This document shows positions 39,435 through 53,048 of a DNA stretch of 64,000 nucleotides, in pieces. The first letter of the stretch is position 1. Each line of letters begins with the position of its first letter. The position numbers and the translations under genes were made by a program. This DNA comes from Rhodospirillaceae bacterium (GTDB taxonomy: Bacteria > Pseudomonadota > Alphaproteobacteria > Azospirillales > Azospirillaceae). The stretch lies in contig JBAWVF010000004.1 of the NCBI GenBank assembly GCA_037147415.1, positions 1,112 through 65,111 of the forward strand. The letters are read 5' to 3'. The notes beneath the pieces were generated by a model. That model was not told where the DNA came from. It saw nothing but the letters and a program-made list of their open reading frames with translations, and ran no database searches.

Positions 39435-41231
39435 ATGAACGGATTGGCGCGGCGTCTGGTGGTGATAGTAGCGGTCTGGGGATGGCTGGCGGCGGCTGTC
39501 GCGGCCCCGGCGGGTGCGCAATCGGCCGGTGAACCGGCGGTTCCCGAGTCGGCTCCGGCGGTTATTGCTCCGGTCATGGCCCCGGTCATGGCCCCGGTTG
39601 TGGCCCCGGTTGTAGTTATGCCGCCTCCGGTGCCTGCCGTGATTCCGGCCGGTCCTTTTGCCGAACTGATTGCGGCCCGGCTGAGCGCTCCCTTGGGGGT
39701 GCTCGATTCGCGCCGTCCGCCCGATGCCGCCCGCCTGCGCCGGTTCTATGAGCATCGTGAATATCGCCCGCTGTGGTTTAGCGACGCGGAGCCGGCCGCG
39801 GCAGTGCTGAGCCCGCGCGCAAAAGACTTGCAGGCGGTGACCGCGGCGTCCGAAACCGATGCTCTGCTGCCGGCCGACTATCACCCGGCGGCGATTGCGG
39901 CCCGGCTCGAGGCGGTTGAGCCCGCGCGGCGGGCCGAGCTGGATCTGCTGTTGACCGATGCCTTGATGAGCTATGCGGTCGATCTGCGCCGCGGGCGTCT
40001 GGTGCCACACGCGATTGCCGAGGAATTCGCACAGGAACCGCCGGCTTTGGATGTCGGCGAGGTCGCGCCGGCCGCACTGGCCGCACCCGATTTGCGCGTT
40101 TTTCTGGCCGGGCTGGCGCCGCCGCAGGGGCGGTATACGCGCCTGCGGGAAGCGTTGCGGATGATGCGTGGCTTCGAGAAAGCCGGGGGCTGGCCCAAGG
40201 TGCCCGAGGGGCCGAAGCTGGAGCCCGGCATTAGCGATCCGGTGGTCAAGTCGTTGCGGCGCCGCCTGAGCGTTACCGGTGAGTTGGATGCGCAACGCAA
40301 GCCGTTATCCTCGCTCTACGATCCGGTGCTGAAGGCTGCGGTGCAGCATTTTCAAGCCCGCAACGGGTTGAAGGCCGATGGCGTGATCGGCAGCCAGACC
40401 TATCAGGCGCTCAATATCAGTGCCGCCGAGCGGGTGATTTCGATCATCGCCAATATGGAACGTGAGCGCTGGATGCCGGCCGATCTCGGCCCGCGTTACG
40501 TGCTGGTCAATATCGCCGGCTTTAGTCTGCGGGCGGTCGAGGGCGGCAAGGCCGTGCTCGAGATGCCGGTGATCGTCGGAACCAAGGTGCGGCGCACGCC
40601 GATTCTGACCAGCGAAATTACCTCTCTGATCTGGAACCCGACCTGGTCGGTGCCGCATAAGCTGGCGCGTGAGGATATTCTGCCCAAATTGCGCGAGAAT
40701 CCGGGCTATCTGGCCGAGATGAATATCGTGCTCTATGACGGCTCCTACTCGGGCGGCAAGGTTAAGCCCGATGGAATCGATTGGGCTACATTCAACGATA
40801 TCAACCGTTTCCGCCTGCGGCAGATGCCGGGCGCTCACAATGCCCTGGGGCAGGTCAAGTTCAACATTCCGAACGGCTTCGACGTTTACCTGCACGACAC
40901 GCCCCATCGGGAAAAGTTCGCAAAACCGGTGCGGGCCTTAAGCTCCGGTTGCGTCCGGGTCGGCAATCCGATGGCGCTGGCCGACTTTCTGCTGACCGAT
41001 ATGCCGGAATGGACGAAGGAACGGCGCGCCGCCGTGCTGGAAAAGGGTGATACCCGGTTCGTCACCCTGCACACCCCGACCCCGGTGTTTCTGCTCTATC
41101 GCACCGCCTGGGTCGAGGAAAGCGGTGCCTTGAACTTCCGTGATGACGTTTATGGCCGGGATCTGCAGATCTTCCGGGCGATCCGTCGACTCGATGACAC
41201 CGCACCTCGCTCGGCGGCTAACGCGAGCTGA
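39435..41231 (+). CDS. L,D-transpeptidase family protein (YcbB/LdtD-like: PG-binding plus YkuD domain)
   Basis: A signal peptide is present. PG_binding_1 is VVKSLRRRLSVTGEL..AVQHFQARNGLKADGVIG. The YkuD catalytic region is VYLHDTPHREKFAKPVRALSSGCVRV. Confidence 0.9.
   Translation: MNGLARRLVVIVAVWGWLAAAVAAPAGAQSAGEPAVPESAPAVIAPVMAPVMAPVVAPVVVMPPPVPAVIPAGPFAELIAARLSAPLGVLDSRRPPDAARLRRFYEHREYRPLWFSDAEPAAAVLSPRAKDLQAVTAASETDALLPADYHPAAIAARLEAVEPARRAELDLLLTDALMSYAVDLRRGRLVPHAIAEEFAQEPPALDVGEVAPAALAAPDLRVFLAGLAPPQGRYTRLREALRMMRGFEKAGGWPKVPEGPKLEPGISDPVVKSLRRRLSVTGELDAQRKPLSSLYDPVLKAAVQHFQARNGLKADGVIGSQTYQALNISAAERVISIIANMERERWMPADLGPRYVLVNIAGFSLRAVEGGKAVLEMPVIVGTKVRRTPILTSEITSLIWNPTWSVPHKLAREDILPKLRENPGYLAEMNIVLYDGSYSGGKVKPDGIDWATFNDINRFRLRQMPGAHNALGQVKFNIPNGFDVYLHDTPHREKFAKPVRALSSGCVRVGNPMALADFLLTDMPEWTKERRAAVLEKGDTRFVTLHTPTPVFLLYRTAWVEESGALNFRDDVYGRDLQIFRAIRRLDDTAPRSAANAS
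39570..39617 (+). repeat. 12-bp in-frame tandem repeat (4 copies) in the transpeptidase N-terminal linker
   Basis: The copies are ccggtcatggcc x2, ccggttgtggcc and ccggttgtagtt, encoding APVMAPVMAPVVAPVVV. Confidence 0.85.
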
Positions 41232-41428
41232 ATCATTTTTCCATTTTGCCATGCGGCTTGTTGTCGCAGCGCGGGAAGAGAGACTCGAAGGCCGCAGAAG
41301 CCTTGGAGTTTCCTTCCGGTGCGGCGCATTGACGCATTCGCGTTGCTGCATGCGCGGTGTTGCACCTGCTAAAAATCCCGAGAAATCAAAGAGATGATAA
41401 AATATCTTTTTTATCTTCGATTTCGCGC

Positions 41429-41457
41429 TTGACAGTGGCCTTCCGCGCGGGTCCAAA
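41429..41457 (+). promoter_or_regulatory. Candidate sigma-70-type promoter for the first DUF882 gene
   Basis: TTGACA-N17-TCCAAA, about 75 nt upstream of the start codon. The -10 element is weak. Confidence 0.25.
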
Positions 41458-41529
41458 GGCAGCGAAAGCGTGGAAATCAAGCTGTTGAATATGTGCGCTA
41501 GGGCTAGTGATCAGGTGGGGGGAGGCAGC

Positions 41530-42417
41530 ATGACCGATAGAAATACCGTGTCCAAAAACGCTTCTCCGGTTTGTCGGCGTCGTTTTTTACGAGTCGGCAT
41601 CGGAGCGGTGGCAGCGGCGGCGGCACTCGATCCGGTCGATGTTTTGGCGTATTATGGCGGTTCCGCCGCTTCTGCGATGGCGCCGGTGCGTCAGGTTTCG
41701 TTGGTGAATATCAATACCTCCGAGCGGTTGACGGTCGATTACTGGGCTAACGGGCGCTATGTTACCGACGCGTTGAGAGCGGTCAGCCATTTGATGCGCG
41801 ATCATCACGACGGCTCGATCCATGCGATCGACCCGCGGTTGGTCGATCTCATGTTCGGGGTGTTCCGCCTAGCCGGCGGCTGCGGTCCGATTCAAGTCGT
41901 GTGCGGCTATCGTTCGGCACGGACCAATGCGCGGATGCGGGCCCACCATCACGGCGTTGCCGGCCATAGCCTGCATGTGTTGGGTAAGGCGGTCGATATC
42001 CGGATGCCCGACTGCGGCTTGCCGGCATTGCATCGGGCGGCTTTGGCGTTGCGGGCGGGCGGTGTCGGCTTTTACCCGCGCAGCAACTTCGTTCATATCG
42101 ATACCGGCCCGGTGCGCACCTGGGGCAGCCATGGCAGCGAGGACGAGGTTGGCGAGGCGCCGGCTTGGCGTGATGCCCTGCTGTCGGATACGCCGCGGGT
42201 TCAGCATGCCACGGACGCCGGTTTATTACCGGCGGAGAGCCACTCTTCGCACTTGGTTGACGCCGTTGCGCCGCGCGGCCGGCTTGCCTCTATTTTAGAG
42301 CGTCCGCCGGGGGTGCCGGGGCACAAACCGATGCGCGTGGCCACGCGCGATTTGGCCCCCGTGCAGTCCGAGGGCTTCTGGCTGCGGCGCAAGCCGCGGT
42401 TATCCGTCGGCGGTTAA
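41530..42417 (+). CDS. DUF882/peptidase M15A protein (YcbK/MepK-like) with Tat signal
   Basis: GGGGGGAGG lies upstream of the ATG. The twin-arginine motif is CRRRFLRVGIGAVAAAAAL. The M15 core is VVCGYRSARTNA..HSLHVLGKAVDI..GGVGFYPRSNFVHIDTGPVRTWG. Confidence 0.88.
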   Translation: MTDRNTVSKNASPVCRRRFLRVGIGAVAAAAALDPVDVLAYYGGSAASAMAPVRQVSLVNINTSERLTVDYWANGRYVTDALRAVSHLMRDHHDGSIHAIDPRLVDLMFGVFRLAGGCGPIQVVCGYRSARTNARMRAHHHGVAGHSLHVLGKAVDIRMPDCGLPALHRAALALRAGGVGFYPRSNFVHIDTGPVRTWGSHGSEDEVGEAPAWRDALLSDTPRVQHATDAGLLPAESHSSHLVDAVAPRGRLASILERPPGVPGHKPMRVATRDLAPVQSEGFWLRRKPRLSVGG

Positions 42418-42625
42418 ATCTTACTGATTCGGGGGGATAGGGGTGGTCCCTCACGAATCACTTTAAGCTGAGCGACCGCCTTGTTGCCCCGAATCCAGAA
42501 CAAACTCTGAACAGATATCTCGGGCTCCGTCCCTTGTCTTGCGACAAACCGCCGCAGTAAAGGGCGGAGATGCTTGGTTTTGGCCGGCGTCGGACTCGGG
42601 TTGAAAACTTAACGAATTTCTTACC

Positions 42626-42654
42626 TTGACAGCGACGCCATTAACCGATTCTAA
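42626..42654 (+). promoter_or_regulatory. Candidate sigma-70-type promoter for the second DUF882 gene
   Basis: TTGACA-N17-TTCTAA, about 75 nt upstream of the start codon. The geometry matches the site at 41429. Confidence 0.25.
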
Positions 42655-42727
42655 AGAGTCTGTCACCGTAACACAAAGCGATCCACAGATGCTTGGGCAA
42701 AGCGAAACCCGATTGAAAGGAGAGTTC

Positions 42728-43318
42728 ATGTCGACCGAGGATACACGGTCCGATCTGGCAACGGCAGTCGGGCGTCGCGATTTTTTATGGCTTGGTGCTG
42801 CGGCTGCATTTGCCGCGTCGGCTTTTATGCCTTCTGAAGCGCTGGCAGTACCTCATCCCGGTGGCGTGCATCGGAAATTGACCTTTCTCAACCAGCATAC
42901 CGGGGAACGTTTGTCTACCGAGTATTGGGTAAAAGGGCATTATTGCAAAGATGCATTGCGGGCGATCAATCGGGTATTTCGGGATCATCGCACCGGAGCG
43001 GTTCATCGGATCGACCCGCGCTTGCTCGACACGCTCTATGCTTTGAAGCGTCGGGTGAATGCACAGGGACCATTTCACATTGTATCGGGGTTCCGGTCGC
43101 TACAGACCAACAATATGTTGATTGAGAGCGACCATTACGGCGTCGCCCGGCATAGCTTTCATACCAAGGGGATGGCGGCCGATCTTTACCTGCCGGGGTA
43201 TAGTTTGAGCCGGTTGCACCGGGCCGCATTGTCGTTGCATGCCGGTGGCGTGGGCTATTATCCCGACAACGGCTTTATCCATGTCGATGTCGGACCGGTT
43301 CGGCGCTGGGGCGCCTGA
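42728..43318 (+). CDS. DUF882/peptidase M15A protein (second YcbK/MepK-like paralog) with Tat signal
   Basis: AAAGGAGAG lies upstream of the ATG. The Tat motif is GRRDFLWLGAAAAF. The core is IVSGFRSLQTNN..HSFHTKGMAADL..GGVGYYPDNGFIHVDVGPVRRWG. Confidence 0.88.
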   Translation: MSTEDTRSDLATAVGRRDFLWLGAAAAFAASAFMPSEALAVPHPGGVHRKLTFLNQHTGERLSTEYWVKGHYCKDALRAINRVFRDHRTGAVHRIDPRLLDTLYALKRRVNAQGPFHIVSGFRSLQTNNMLIESDHYGVARHSFHTKGMAADLYLPGYSLSRLHRAALSLHAGGVGYYPDNGFIHVDVGPVRRWGA

Positions 43319-43368
43319 CGGTTTTAGCGGTTTCAGGTTTTAACGATAATCGTCAATGAAGGTATCAG

Positions 43369-44457
43369 TCAGTCGGGCGCGCGGAACCGGGAGCGGACCG
43401 CGCAGAAATCATCGGCCAGCGCCAGCAGGCTTTCAAGCCCGTAGGCGCCGCAATCAGTCAGGCATTCGGCCAGTTCATGCGGAATGGCCTCCAGTCCGAG
43501 ATAGGCGCCGCTGATTGCCCCGGTCATGGCTGCGGTGGTATCGGCATCGCCGCCGCCGGAAATCGCCAGCCCGGTCGCGTCCATGTAATTGTCGGGCGCC
43601 GCAAGGAAGCTGTAGAGGCTCCAAAGCACGCTCGGGACCACATAGGGCGAGATTGACCCCTCGGCTTCCGGCCAACGCCCGGAGGCGGTTTCCGCCAGGG
43701 TTCGACCGGCCCGGCTGATCAGCCAGACGGCATCTTCGGGATCGCGCAGGCGTAGCGCCTTCAGCCCGTCAAGTTCGGTGGCGAAGTCCGGCTCGACCGG
43801 GCGCACCCGTTTTACCAAATAGTCGATCATGGCCTCGGCGTTCAGTCTGCCCGGTTTGGCGGTGAGCGCATAGGCCACGGCGGCGGCAATCGTGACCGAG
43901 CCGGCGATGGCGCGCGGGTCGGTATGGGTAATGCGGGCCTGGAGACAGGCGGCTTTGACCAGCGCCGCGTCGTCGTGCGGAAACATCCAACCGATCGGAG
44001 CGGCGCGCATCGCGGCACCGTTGCCGGCATAGGGTGCGGGCACCCCGGCGATGTGCCAGGGCACGCCGTTGGCCAGTCGGGCTGCGGCCTCGGTGGTGGC
44101 GCGGCCGCGGCCGACCACCCGTTGTTCGCTAAACAAGCCGGCGATTCGGCGCCCGTAATCCTCCGGCTCGAATCCAACCGACAGGGTGGCGCTTTCGACC
44201 AGTTCTCGCATAAGCTGCGAATCATCGGTATACTGACCAAAGGGATGGGGTGCGCGGCCGATGGTGCCGGCCTTTTCTGTTATCAATACCTCTTCGACAT
44301 ATTCCAGACAAATTTCGCGGGAATAGCCCTCGACCACAAAGCCGAGCGCATCCCCCAAGCACTGCCCGATCATACTGCCGCGGATACGCGCAACCGCAGG
44401 CGGCGGGCGGAGCGGCAGAAACATCGACAGCCACAGATCGAACCATTCGGTCAGCAT
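43369..44457 (-). CDS. ADP-ribosylglycohydrolase family protein
   Basis: IRGSMIGQCLGDALGFVVEGY is the N-terminal metal-site motif. GGDADTTAAMTGAISGAYLG is the C-terminal motif. The start is uncertain, and the ORF is open to 44553. Confidence 0.85.
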   Translation of the reverse strand: MLTEWFDLWLSMFLPLRPPPAVARIRGSMIGQCLGDALGFVVEGYSREICLEYVEEVLITEKAGTIGRAPHPFGQYTDDSQLMRELVESATLSVGFEPEDYGRRIAGLFSEQRVVGRGRATTEAAARLANGVPWHIAGVPAPYAGNGAAMRAAPIGWMFPHDDAALVKAACLQARITHTDPRAIAGSVTIAAAVAYALTAKPGRLNAEAMIDYLVKRVRPVEPDFATELDGLKALRLRDPEDAVWLISRAGRTLAETASGRWPEAEGSISPYVVPSVLWSLYSFLAAPDNYMDATGLAISGGGDADTTAAMTGAISGAYLGLEAIPHELAECLTDCGAYGLESLLALADDFCAVRSRFRAPD

Positions 44458-44766
44458 GGTTCCCTCAATAGCCTGATACGGCACGATATAGCGTGGAATG
44501 AGAATCCGACCATCGGGTGTTATCATGATTAACCCCCGTTGCAAGCCGTTCACAGGGCTGTCGACAGTTTATAGAGTTGGTGACGGTTATGCCAATAAAA
44601 GCGTCTCATTCGAAGTAGGAGGGCACTTTGACGGTTACTTTTCCCCATTCGCTTCGATTACGGGCTGACGCAGCGGACGGGGTAGGGAATAACCGGCCTT
44701 TCCCATGGACAAGGCGAGGACAGGCCCTTACAGTCATGAGACCTTCGACTTTTTCGGTTTCGATCC

Positions 44767-45258
44767 ATGAATGCCAGCGGCTTCGGTGTGCTTGTGCCCT
44801 ACGGTGAGGTTCCGGCGGGAACGTTGTTTTTGCGACGGTCTGCCAGCGGCCTGGGTGAAACCGTGATTCTGCTGAAAATTTCGGGCGGACACGGTGATAT
44901 CTGCATTTGTGGCCGCCCTCCCGCCGGTGAAGCTATTCAATTGCCCTGCCTGAAGCCGCCGGTTCCGGCCGAATGGCCGGTGATTGCGCTGGCCGATTTC
45001 ATTCTGGAGGTCGAAAACCGGATCGACAATGTGGTGTGGAAAGCCGACCCCGATTTCGTCAAGGCGGTAGTCTATGCCGATCCGGGCGGCGGCTTGGCGT
45101 TGAAAGCCTGGGTCAACCCGGTTCAGACCGAGTTGTTCGATCTGGCCACCGGCGCTCCCGTGGATCAGCAAGCTGCGTCGGTCGGGTTTCGGCGCTGGTC
45201 GATTATTCGCCGTAACGCCGCGGGCGAGCGGTTTGAGTTGTTTCGCTTTGACCTTTAG
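44767..45258 (+). CDS. Hypothetical protein (163 aa)
   Basis: ATG ORF divergent from the ADP-ribosylglycohydrolase gene. There is no recognisable motif and no clear SD. An antisense ORF of similar length exists, so the coding call is moderate. Confidence 0.5.
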   Translation: MNASGFGVLVPYGEVPAGTLFLRRSASGLGETVILLKISGGHGDICICGRPPAGEAIQLPCLKPPVPAEWPVIALADFILEVENRIDNVVWKADPDFVKAVVYADPGGGLALKAWVNPVQTELFDLATGAPVDQQAASVGFRRWSIIRRNAAGERFELFRFDL

Positions 45259-45349
45259 GTGCAATGTATCTTACAAAGGGGCTTGCCGATGATACGCAGG
45301 TAGCCACTTCAGGTTCTATCTTCCGTAAAGACAGGGGTATGGTTCGTCA

Positions 45350-49799
<4,450 letters not shown>

Positions 49800-49937
49800 G
49801 GTGTCCATCCTTTACCGCATTGCGGTGAGTATACGCTTCTTGCGAATAGGGGTCCATAGTCTTTGCGGCTGTTGCAGCGCAGCATAAACAAGTAAAAAAT
49901 GCTTAGCATTATTCAAGTATTCTTAAGGATTGCAAGA

Positions 49938-51113
49938 TCAAACCCGTGAAAAATGGCGGTGCAGGCGTTCGGCCGCGGTATCAAGTGCGGTATCGTGCTT
50001 GGTGAAGCAAAAACGCACGTAACCGGGCGGTGCGGCGCCGACATAAAAGGCGCTGACGGGAATTGCGGCCACGCCAGCATTAATGGTCAGGTGACGGCAG
50101 AACGCGAAATCATCATCCCCAAATCCGGCGGCGAATCGGACGGGGCGGGTGTCGGCGACCAGAAAATAGCTGCCCGCACTCGGCAATACGGTCAGCCCGG
50201 CTCGTGTCAAGCCGGCGGCCAGCCGGTCCCGCTTGTCCTGAAATCCTGTGGCCAGCCCGGTGAAGTAGCTGTCGTCTTTGCCGAGCCCGCAGGCCACCGC
50301 GCTTTGAAGGTCGGGCGGGGTGCTGAAGGTCAGATATTGATGCGCCTTGACGACCGGCTGAAGCAGGGCGGGGGCGGCGGTGATATAGCCGATTTTCCAT
50401 CCGGTCATGGAAAAGGTTTTCCCGGCCGAGCCGATCTTCAGGCAGCGCTCGCGCATGCCCGGCACAGTCATCAGCGGAATGTGCCGGCGGCCATCGAAAA
50501 TGATGTGCTCGTATACTTCATCACACACCGCATAGGCGTCGCTGTCTTGAACGAATTCAGCGATCAGCGCCAACTCGTCCGCGTCGAAGACCTTGGCGAT
50601 CGGGTTGAGCGGATCGTTCAACACCACCAGCTTGGTCCGGGGTGAAAAGGCGGCGGCCAGATCATCCCGGCTGAAGCGCCATGCCGGCGGCTTTAACGTG
50701 ACGATTCGCGGCACGCCGCCGGCCAAACGGACAATCGGCAGATAGCTGTCATACATCGGCTCGAACAGCACGACTTCGTCACCGGGGCGTATCAGGCCGA
50801 GCAGACAGGCGGTGAGCGCCTCGGTCGCGCCCGAGGTCACCATCACCTCGCGCAGCGGGTCAACCTCCAACCCGTAGAAGCGGCGGGCATGCGCCGCCAA
50901 CGCCTGACGCAAGGCCGGCGTTCCCATCATTGACGGGTACTGATTCGACTCCTCGCGCAAAGCCCGAACCGCTTCCTCGATCAGATCGGCCGGACCGCCC
51001 TGCTCGGGAAAGCCCTGTCCGAGATTGATCGCGCCGTGCTCTGCGGCAAGGCGTGAAAATACCTCGAACACCGTGGTGCCGTAGCCCGACAGGATTTCGT
51101 TACCCGGCTTCAC
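49938..51113 (-). CDS. Class I/II PLP-dependent aminotransferase (YbdL/methionine aminotransferase-like)
   Basis: Supporting motifs are TTVFEVFSRLAAEHGAINLGQGFPE, VTSGATEAL, SAGKTFSMTGWKIGY and VRFCF. I placed the start at GTG 51113, just downstream of the upstream gene's stop. The ORF is open to 51209, so the start is uncertain. Confidence 0.88.
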   Translation of the reverse strand: MKPGNEILSGYGTTVFEVFSRLAAEHGAINLGQGFPEQGGPADLIEEAVRALREESNQYPSMMGTPALRQALAAHARRFYGLEVDPLREVMVTSGATEALTACLLGLIRPGDEVVLFEPMYDSYLPIVRLAGGVPRIVTLKPPAWRFSRDDLAAAFSPRTKLVVLNDPLNPIAKVFDADELALIAEFVQDSDAYAVCDEVYEHIIFDGRRHIPLMTVPGMRERCLKIGSAGKTFSMTGWKIGYITAAPALLQPVVKAHQYLTFSTPPDLQSAVACGLGKDDSYFTGLATGFQDKRDRLAAGLTRAGLTVLPSAGSYFLVADTRPVRFAAGFGDDDFAFCRHLTINAGVAAIPVSAFYVGAAPPGYVRFCFTKHDTALDTAAERLHRHFSRV

Positions 51114-51120
51114 GGCGGGC

Positions 51121-51384
51121 TTACTTTTGACGGCGATGACGCCAAGCGTCGAAACTGCGGAACGTTTCGGGGAAGCGGCGCTTAATTCGGACGAACAACC
51201 GGCGCGCATCGGACGAGTTGCGCAGCAGGATGACCGAGCCGACCAGCAACAGGGTTACGCCCATAACCACCGGAGTGAGCGCAATCAGGATGCCGGAGAT
51301 GATCAGGGCCGTGCCGAGTCCCATCCAGACCAGTTGGCGGACACGCAGCGGCGGCAGGGTCGTGACGGACGCTAGCCACTTCAT
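51121..51384 (-). CDS. Small membrane protein (87 aa)
   Basis: MKWLASVTTLPPLRVRQLVWMGLGTALIISGILIALTPVVMGVTLLLVGSVILL gives two TM helices, followed by a basic tail. The stop lies 7 nt before the proposed aminotransferase start. Confidence 0.55.
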   Translation of the reverse strand: MKWLASVTTLPPLRVRQLVWMGLGTALIISGILIALTPVVMGVTLLLVGSVILLRNSSDARRLFVRIKRRFPETFRSFDAWRHRRQK

Positions 51385-51577
51385 AACGGTATTCCTCGAG
51401 TCTCGGGACGCCGGAGTCGGCTGGCACCCCCCATGCGTAACCCCGTACATAATGCGGGACGGGACCGGGCGTCAACTTGTGCCTTGAGCGGCTTTTTAAA
51501 CCTGCCGGAAGCCGTTGACCGCGAGGAGAATTCCGACGACCTTATGCCGTGCCGCAAATTGCTCAGAGGAAGCGCCC

Positions 51578-52093
51578 GTGCCCGCTCTCGCGTCCGACCC
51601 CGTGCTCGAGTCTCTGCTGCGCCGCTCGACGGCGGGCCGTCCGACCGCGGTCGTCTTCGTCATCAGCGCCGGAGTCCCGCATCCGTGGCCCCCGGGCTCG
51701 TGGATGGCGGTGGAGGAAACCGGCGACGCCTGCGGCACGGTTGCCGAGGGTGTCCTGGCGGAAATCGTGATTCGGCAGGCCGTGGCGGTGCTGAAGCAGG
51801 ACGAACCGTGCCTGTTGCGCAGCGGCGGGGTCGGGTTCTATCTCACCCCGGTGCCGCGGCGCGATTTGCTGGAACGCTTGCGCAACGCCCGCTTGGCCGG
51901 ACTGCCGGTGGCATTGGTCATCGATTTGGGCACCGGATTAATGACATTAGTTTTTAATGAAACTATTCACGGCGGATTTGCACCGGAACCGGCCGTACTT
52001 GGCGAAATTCGGCGGTTTATGGCCGCGGGAACCGGTGGAATTCTGGATGCCGGCGAGGACGGACGGCTGTTCGTTCACTGTCCCTCCGGATAA
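51578..52093 (+). CDS. Hypothetical protein, weak XdhC/CoxI-N-like pattern
   Basis: The GTG start has GAGGAAG 5 nt upstream, and the ORF track begins at 51515. TAVVFVISAGVPHPWPPGSWMAVEETGDACGTVAEGVLAEIVIRQAV loosely resembles the XdhC N-domain pattern. The family call is tentative. Confidence 0.5.
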   Translation: MPALASDPVLESLLRRSTAGRPTAVVFVISAGVPHPWPPGSWMAVEETGDACGTVAEGVLAEIVIRQAVAVLKQDEPCLLRSGGVGFYLTPVPRRDLLERLRNARLAGLPVALVIDLGTGLMTLVFNETIHGGFAPEPAVLGEIRRFMAAGTGGILDAGEDGRLFVHCPSG

Positions 52094-52128
52094 TATCCGC
52101 ACGAAAAAGAGGGAATTTGAATTCGGTC

Positions 52129-52157
52129 CTTGAAATCGAGCCCGTTTGACCCCTTCT
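52129..52157 (+). promoter_or_regulatory. Sigma-32 (RpoH)-consensus-like promoter upstream of cspA
   Basis: CTTGAAA-N14-CCCCTTCT compares with the E. coli RpoH consensus CTTGAAA-N13-14-CCCCATNT. It lies about 137 nt upstream of the cspA ATG. Confidence 0.25.
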
Positions 52158-52293
52158 TACTCCTCGTCATTCTGCCGTGGATAGCCGTTCTCCCGATACA
52201 TGCGGGCCGAAGTTGGTGTCGTCCCTGGAGCTATGGATGATGCGCTCGTGCGGGTCGTCCGCGGGGTGCACTACGCAATGATTGGAGACTGGG

Positions 52294-52503
52294 ATGGCTA
52301 CGGGTACCGTGAAGTGGTTCAACAGCACGAAGGGCTACGGCTTCATTCAGCCGGACAACGGCACTGCCGATGTTTTCGTGCACATTTCCGCTGTTGAGCG
52401 GGCCGGCATGAGCAGCCTGAAGGAAGGCCAGAAGCTTTCTTTCGAGCTTCAGACCGATCCGCGCAAGGGTAAGACTTCGGCAGAGAACCTTAAGGCTCTC
52501 TGA
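52294..52503 (+). CDS. cspA: Cold-shock domain protein (CspA family)
   Basis: [34 protein letters not shown] contains the RNP1 and RNP2 motifs. Length is 69 aa, and GGAG lies upstream. Confidence 0.95.
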   Translation: MATGTVKWFNSTKGYGFIQPDNGTADVFVHISAVERAGMSSLKEGQKLSFELQTDPRKGKTSAENLKAL

Positions 52504-52522
52504 ACCACGGTCACTTGTCGGG

Positions 52523-52552
52523 AAAGGGCGCCTTCGGGCGCCTTTTTCTTTT
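52523..52552 (+). terminator. Rho-independent terminator of cspA
   Basis: The sequence is aaagggcgcc-ttcg-ggcgccttt followed by ttctttt. It has a GC stem, a tetraloop and a T-run, and starts 20 nt after the stop. Confidence 0.85.
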
Positions 52553-52591
52553 CGGCAATCTTTTCTTATCGGCAGCCTTTTCGTATCGGTA

Positions 52592-52822
52592 TCAGGGCCC
52601 GGCGCCGATATGGGCATGGAGATAAGCGACGCAGGCGAAGGCCGCCCCGAGCACGAGGCAGGACAGGGTGCGCCTGATCGCGGTCAGAATGCGGCGGCGG
52701 CGGCGCGCGCGCAGGGTCATGCAATATTGGTTCTGCCAGACTCGCTGTCTTGCCTGCTGTTGGCGGCGCTCCAGATAGTCTCCCGGCGTTGCGGGCGTCG
52801 ATAATGTCACGATTCCGGACAT
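52592..52822 (-). CDS. Small hypothetical protein (76 aa), Arg-rich with C-terminal TM helix
   Basis: GGGGAGGAAAAA lies immediately upstream of the ATG, a strong SD with a 5-nt spacer. RARRRRRILTAIRRTLSCLVLGAAFACVAYL suggests a membrane anchor. No family is recognised. Confidence 0.45.
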   Translation of the reverse strand: MSGIVTLSTPATPGDYLERRQQQARQRVWQNQYCMTLRARRRRRILTAIRRTLSCLVLGAAFACVAYLHAHIGAGP

Positions 52823-52965
52823 TTTTTCCTCCCCATGGCAGCGGCGGCCGTTCGTGCATTCTGCGTGAAGGCCCTTGTCTCGGGAAGTCTAGCAAACAGC
52901 ATGCCGCAGCCGGGAAGACCCGTCGGTTCAAGCTGCTGTGAAATGATCTTGCCCCTTAAGGGCGA

Positions 52966-53009
52966 TTTTGCCGATAGCGGCAAATTTTGCCGGGTAACCC
53001 GGCAAAATT
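52966..53009. repeat. Array of four alternating TTTTGCCG / CGGCAAAA arms (overlapping palindromes)
   Basis: The first pair is tttgccg-atag-cggcaaa. Then aattttgccggg-taa-cccggcaaaatt forms a perfect 12-bp stem. The middle arms also pair with each other. A 10-bp palindrome cccttaaggg lies just upstream at 52953-52962. Confidence 0.7.
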
Positions 53010-53048
53010 TGTCTCACCGCAAAGCTTCCCTCAGAACCGTTGCTTTTC

